A stretch of 30,140 nt of DNA from the IMG/VR virus record IMGVR_UViG_3300027679_000026, positions 1 through 30,140 of that record, one strand, 5' to 3'. Positions within the stretch are counted from its first letter, which is position 1. Every line of letters starts with the position of its first letter. A model generated the notes under the pieces. That model did not search any database and had not been told where the DNA came from. It saw nothing but the letters and a program-made list of their open reading frames with translations. The position numbers were made by a program, and so were the translations under genes. Shown in pieces: positions 26,713-30,140 of the stretch. The DNA comes from a virus. Lineage: Duplodnaviria > Caudoviricetes.

Positions 26713-27951
26713 TTAAGCTAGGGCATGGCCCCAGCGTTTTGGTATTCTTGTAGCAGGATCAATGTCCCTGCGTACTGGGAACATATAATCTACCATATAG
26801 CCCAGTGCATCCATCATGTGATCATAGCCTGAATCTTTATCAGGCTGTGAACTATTTTCTTTATATGTATGGCGCTCTAATCCTTCGATTGTGTATTTAC
26901 ACTTAGGATGTATAAACAAGCGCCTAATACCGGTTGCATCGCTTAGCCTTGAATTAACAGCATTAATACGATCTCTGACAGGTGTATGTGCTCTAGGACT
27001 CTTAACTATGAATCCTGCGTTTTGTAGTATGGTGTGGTCAGTAGCGCCGCCAGCCGAGGTTTTTCTTGCTGATCCTGCTGGGTCTGGGTAGATCCAGATT
27101 TTACTACTGGGGTACCTGCTTTTAATTTCTTCCACAATCTCTTGGGTGTTAGAAGAAAACATACGGATTTCATCGATGACATACAATACATCTCCTTGGC
27201 GTACAGCAACACAGGCACTACAAGGATCTATGTTAAAGTCCATGCCTATGTATATTACTGATAAGTCTATAGAGTCAGGAGCAATACAATTTAACTTGCG
27301 ATCAAACGCATAATAAATTCTACCTGAATATGTTTCAAATGTTGCCATAAACTCTTGACGGAATGTACGCTCATCAAGGTCCTGCTTGGCCGCTAGTATT
27401 TCTTCTGGTTTAACTTGCCCACCATCAATAGTTGTATATTGGAAGCTGGCCCATACTGTAGGTTGGTCTAAAGGCATTGTGTAAAGATCATGCGCCCAGT
27501 TACCAATGCCTTTTGGTGTGCCTATGAACAAAGCCTTGCCCTGCTTGTCTGCTAGTGTAGGACGCAGTACTTCAGTCCATGCTGTTTCTTCTACATCGGC
27601 AAACTCATCCATTACCATAAAGTCCAAGCCCACACCACGCAATGAATCAGCATTGTCCGCGCCCTTAAGGCTAATCTGACTACCGTTCTTTAATATGATA
27701 GTCAGTTCGCTTTCATTAACCTTTTTGGTCCAATTAAGGTCTTGTAGTTTGTTCTTTAGTTTACGCCAAACAATCTGTTTAGCCTGGCGGTATGTTGGGG
27801 CCACATACCATACTTCTTGATCAGGTACCCGTGCATGAAAACACAATTCTCTAATGCTTAGATGCGTTTTACCAAAACGGCGGCCTGCTACTACTACACG
27901 AAAGCGATGCTGGTCTTTAGCTATGGTATCTTGTGCTAGGCTTAGAGGCAT
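26713..27951 (-). CDS. terL: Terminase large subunit
   Basis: Walker A AGRRFGKT, YVAPTYRQAK, LRG..LDFMVMDE (Walker B), FIGTPKG, nuclease GMDFN and DHMMDALGY. Start at 27951 (MPLS...) by TAATG coupling. Confidence 0.96.
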   Translation of the reverse strand: MPLSLAQDTIAKDQHRFRVVVAGRRFGKTHLSIRELCFHARVPDQEVWYVAPTYRQAKQIVWRKLKNKLQDLNWTKKVNESELTIILKNGSQISLKGADNADSLRGVGLDFMVMDEFADVEETAWTEVLRPTLADKQGKALFIGTPKGIGNWAHDLYTMPLDQPTVWASFQYTTIDGGQVKPEEILAAKQDLDERTFRQEFMATFETYSGRIYYAFDRKLNCIAPDSIDLSVIYIGMDFNIDPCSACVAVRQGDVLYVIDEIRMFSSNTQEIVEEIKSRYPSSKIWIYPDPAGSARKTSAGGATDHTILQNAGFIVKSPRAHTPVRDRINAVNSRLSDATGIRRLFIHPKCKYTIEGLERHTYKENSSQPDKDSGYDHMMDALGYMVDYMFPVRRDIDPATRIPKRWGHALA

Positions 27952-28223
27952 TATTTTAAAATTGTCGACCAATCAATGTGATTGCCTAGGTATCCTATGA
28001 TAGGGCCTAGTATAACAGCGGCAGTTGCTACACGGGCAAGTACGCTATTACGAAATGTTTTTAAATCATCTATATCATCGCTTAGTTTAGCGTGTTGACT
28101 GCATGACGCATCATACATCTTCTTGAGTTCTTGTTTAAGTTCAACATCGTTTGTACGGACTGTTTCCTTAAGCTCGTCTACCTTTGTTTCTAGTACTGCT
28201 ACTCTTTCATTAGTTGAGGCCAT
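27951..28223 (-). CDS. Coiled-coil protein with a C-terminal transmembrane helix (XhlA/holin-like candidate)
   Basis: ERVAVLETKV coiled coil, then hydrophobic VATAAVILGPIIGYLG. Confidence 0.6.
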   Translation of the reverse strand: MASTNERVAVLETKVDELKETVRTNDVELKQELKKMYDASCSQHAKLSDDIDDLKTFRNSVLARVATAAVILGPIIGYLGNHIDWSTILK

Positions 28224-28651
28224 TATTCATCATTCCACGGTAAAGGCTTTTTATCATCAGATTCTTGGCCATTGTCGCTCATGCCTAAGATGTTTTTAGC
28301 TAGGAAGATTTGTACTGCCGCGGAGTTGTTTTTACAAGCATTGTTCAGCATGGCACGCCTTAAAGTTATCTTTAATTCTTCACGGCCTTTTATAAGCCGT
28401 TCCGAGAAATTGTTGCGTAGTGTGTCATATTGAATGCCAAAGTAGTTGGCTATTTCAATATCTTTGCAACCCAAAGCCGCTAGTTTTTCAACATCTTCTG
28501 GGTCTATGACCTTCTTATCGCGTCCAACGGGAATTCCTAAGTAAGTTGCTTCAACTAGTTCTTTGGGTTTGGGGCCGGGCTTGAGTCTTAATGCTTCCGC
28601 TTGTACGATGTTTTCAATCGAGGCGGGGCTATTTGGTGTGTTATCTTCCAT
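28223..28651 (-). CDS. terS: Terminase small subunit (HTH)
   Basis: VEKLAALGCKDIEIANYFGI HTH and KGR...RRA...AVQIFLAKNILG; lies upstream of terL. Confidence 0.75.
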   Translation of the reverse strand: MEDNTPNSPASIENIVQAEALRLKPGPKPKELVEATYLGIPVGRDKKVIDPEDVEKLAALGCKDIEIANYFGIQYDTLRNNFSERLIKGREELKITLRRAMLNNACKNNSAAVQIFLAKNILGMSDNGQESDDKKPLPWNDE

Positions 28652-28655
28652 CTAG

Positions 28656-28661
28656 TATTTA
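28656..28661 (-). promoter_or_regulatory. TAAATA box before terS (leaderless start)
   Basis: Minus strand CTAG-AATAAATA-CTAG-ATG, with no SD, right after a terminator. Confidence 0.6.
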
Positions 28662-28671
28662 TTCTAGTCAT

Positions 28672-28699
28672 GAAAAAGCCCTCGGTAAAGAGGGCTTTT
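28672..28699 (-). terminator. Intrinsic terminator (potentially bidirectional)
   Basis: AAAAGCCCTC-N6-GAGGGCTTTT. Confidence 0.85.
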
Positions 28700-28763
28700 C
28701 ACTCGTTGTATTAAGACGATATAGGATTTTAAATGCCAGAGCCTACTAAAACTCTTGCACAAG

Positions 28764-28771
28764 TATTTATA
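28764..28771 (-). promoter_or_regulatory. TATAAATA box overlapping the stop of the 68-aa ORF and preceding an ORF-free unit
   Basis: Exact TATAAATA on the minus strand. Confidence 0.5.
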
Positions 28772-28973
28772 TGCGCTGTGCTAATTGACCTACAAACTGG
28801 TTAAGGCTTGCTGTTTCTCTTTGGAACTGTCTAATCAATTTATTTTGTTCTTTGACAATCTCAGAGTATTGCAGTTGATTAGCTTGTAGTTCTCTACAAT
28901 GCTGTTCTAGTAACTGACAGCGTACATCTAATTGTACTAACAAGTCATATGGATCCCAATTAGGTTGCATCAT
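28767..28973 (-). CDS. Hypothetical coiled-coil protein (68 aa)
   Basis: ATGA overlap with the upstream gene; Gln/Leu heptads. Confidence 0.7.
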   Translation of the reverse strand: MMQPNWDPYDLLVQLDVRCQLLEQHCRELQANQLQYSEIVKEQNKLIRQFQRETASLNQFVGQLAQRI

Positions 28974-29410
28974 AGTTCTAAGTCGTCCTCTTGAATAACT
29001 TCAATTAGTTCAGCAAACATATTGCTGGGAGCATTGAATGTTTGAACTAAGTCAATAGCATAGTCAGTGTCAGCAAACAGCTTGTTCCAACGCTCTATTG
29101 GTGCTAGTGCGAAGTCTTTGGGCAAAAGCTGTTTGGTCTTGCCCTTGGCTTCATTAACCATGTCTGTCAGTATGTCTGTTGCTGTGCGATTCTGCCCTGT
29201 AGTAGTTTTAAAGCCTTTTAAGGGAGTACGCATAAAGTCTAGTAAATCTGGATCTTGCTCTACTGCTTGGCTAATTTCTGTGATTACTAATTTAACATGT
29301 CGAGTCAGCTGTTTGCGTTGTTCTAGTGTTTGCTTGACATAAGTTGTTGAGTATTTAACTCCGTCACGGGGTTCCATTTTGTTTAACTTTTGGTAGCGTA
29401 TGGTTTTCAT
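28970..29410 (-). CDS. Hypothetical protein (146 aa)
   Basis: ATGA-coupled ORF in the early operon; no motif recognised. Confidence 0.75.
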   Translation of the reverse strand: MKTIRYQKLNKMEPRDGVKYSTTYVKQTLEQRKQLTRHVKLVITEISQAVEQDPDLLDFMRTPLKGFKTTTGQNRTATDILTDMVNEAKGKTKQLLPKDFALAPIERWNKLFADTDYAIDLVQTFNAPSNMFAELIEVIQEDDLEL

Positions 29411-29607
29411 TTTTGTGCCTTTGTAGTAGTTAATATCCTGCCTGTAGTATATTCACGGGTAATATATCTAGTACCAGCACTTGCACCGCAATGCTGGGGA
29501 TATTGATAGTTGGCTTGTTTATAGTAATTTTGGCATAGGTCTTGGCTATCATACATGGCCGCACAGCCGCTAAGTGTTACAACTACAGCCATTAAGAGTA
29601 TTTTCAT
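29407..29607 (-). CDS. Small lipoprotein (possible superinfection exclusion)
   Basis: Signal peptide with a lipobox: MKILLMAVVVTLSG|C. GAGGT RBS. Confidence 0.7.
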   Translation of the reverse strand: MKILLMAVVVTLSGCAAMYDSQDLCQNYYKQANYQYPQHCGASAGTRYITREYTTGRILTTTKAQK

Positions 29608-29951
29608 TTGTTACCTCGGCGTTCTTGGTTCTTTTGTTGTAAGTGAAGTTTGCGTTGGATTAGGTATACATTATCAGCACTCCAAGGGCCTTCGATGTCA
29701 TTTCTAGTCATACACATGTTTTCGCTGGATCTACCCCGATTGTGCCAGTGATCTTTCCATAGTTGATAATAGTCTTCAAACTCTAATGTCCAATCTTCGT
29801 GACGAAAGTTAGCCTGTGCCTTGGCCAGTTGCCAAGGGTGATACATATCGTGTTTGAACTTGCCAGCATCTGAACCAATAATCCAAACATGAGGGCGTTC
29901 TACACCTCTTGCATGGCGGCCTGTTAATCGCATTCCTTTTTTACCTGACAT
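29604..29951 (-). CDS. HNH-fold-like protein (115 aa)
   Basis: AKAQA.FR..DW.L.FE.Y..LW...RGR....CMTR.D..GPWS.DNV pattern of phage HNH-like proteins. Start ATG 29951 with a GAGGAG RBS. Confidence 0.6.
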   Translation of the reverse strand: MSGKKGMRLTGRHARGVERPHVWIIGSDAGKFKHDMYHPWQLAKAQANFRHEDWTLEFEDYYQLWKDHWHNRGRSSENMCMTRNDIEGPWSADNVYLIQRKLHLQQKNQERRGNK

Positions 29952-29970
29952 ATATTCTCCTCTTTGTTCG

Positions 29971-29999
29971 ATTATATACAATGTATTTATACATGTCAA
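29971..29999 (-). promoter_or_regulatory. Perfect consensus sigma70 promoter with a nested TATAAATA box
   Basis: Minus strand TTGACA-tgtataaatacattgta(17 nt)-TATAAT; TATAAATA at 29984-29991. Confidence 0.85.
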
Positions 30000-30022
30000 T
30001 AAATATGGCGCACTAATTAGGT

Positions 30023-30140
30023 CTTTTTAGCTCGTTTTGCACGGGCTAATTTGGCTCGCTTCTTAGATCGAATCAAGCGTTCTTCTGGTGTCTTATGCGA
30101 TGGATGTATGTACAGTCTATGCGTGTTAACATATATTTGG
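30023..30140. repeat. Terminal direct repeat, right copy
   Basis: Matches 1-118 with two substitutions. Confidence 0.95.

Noticed and set aside
4614-29342. Numerous plus-strand ORFs (e.g. 4614-5459, 9051-9482, 18763-19158, 20377-20841, 25546-25923)
   Set aside because: They are antisense shadows of well-supported minus-strand genes, caused by codon bias, and show no motifs of their own.
566-29357. TAAATA hexamers inside coding regions (566, 5296, 26894, 29352)
   Set aside because: They are intragenic and expected by chance in AT-rich DNA, so they were not counted as promoters.
1-30140. Alternative genetic code, tRNA genes, or an archaeal TATA-box reading of TATAAATA
   Set aside because: Genes are intact in code 11 and no cloverleaf was noticed. 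Some boxes lie only 4-5 nt from start codons rather than ~25 nt, and bacterial sigma70 promoters, SD sites and intrinsic terminators are present.

Overview
The window is an apparently complete ~30,022-bp circular or circularly permuted tailed-phage genome of siphovirus type. Bases 30023-30140 repeat bases 1-118, and an endonuclease VII gene reads across the join. Almost all genes are on the minus strand. They encode small and large terminase, portal, scaffold, major capsid, adaptor, tail tube, tail chaperones with a lambda-type GGGAAAG -1 frameshift, tape measure, distal tail, hub and tail tip proteins, plus about 10 kb of Ig-like, collagen-like and Ser/Thr-rich fibre genes. The small non-structural module has endonuclease VII, an HNH-like protein, a lipoprotein, a GT2-TPR glycosyltransferase and a 346-aa minimal family-A-polymerase-like protein. 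The most striking observations are these. (1) Non-structural genes have sigma70 promoters, while the packaging and structural units start at T4-late-promoter-like (TA)TAAATA boxes, usually right after a terminator. No sigma factor, helicase, SSB, integrase or endolysin is recognisable, which suggests a virion-complete satellite that depends on a T4-like or large helper phage. (2) Two ORF-free promoter-to-terminator units look like structured small RNAs, and one carries several anti-Shine-Dalgarno/anti-AUG segments. All family calls come from motifs recognised by eye; no database searches were run.
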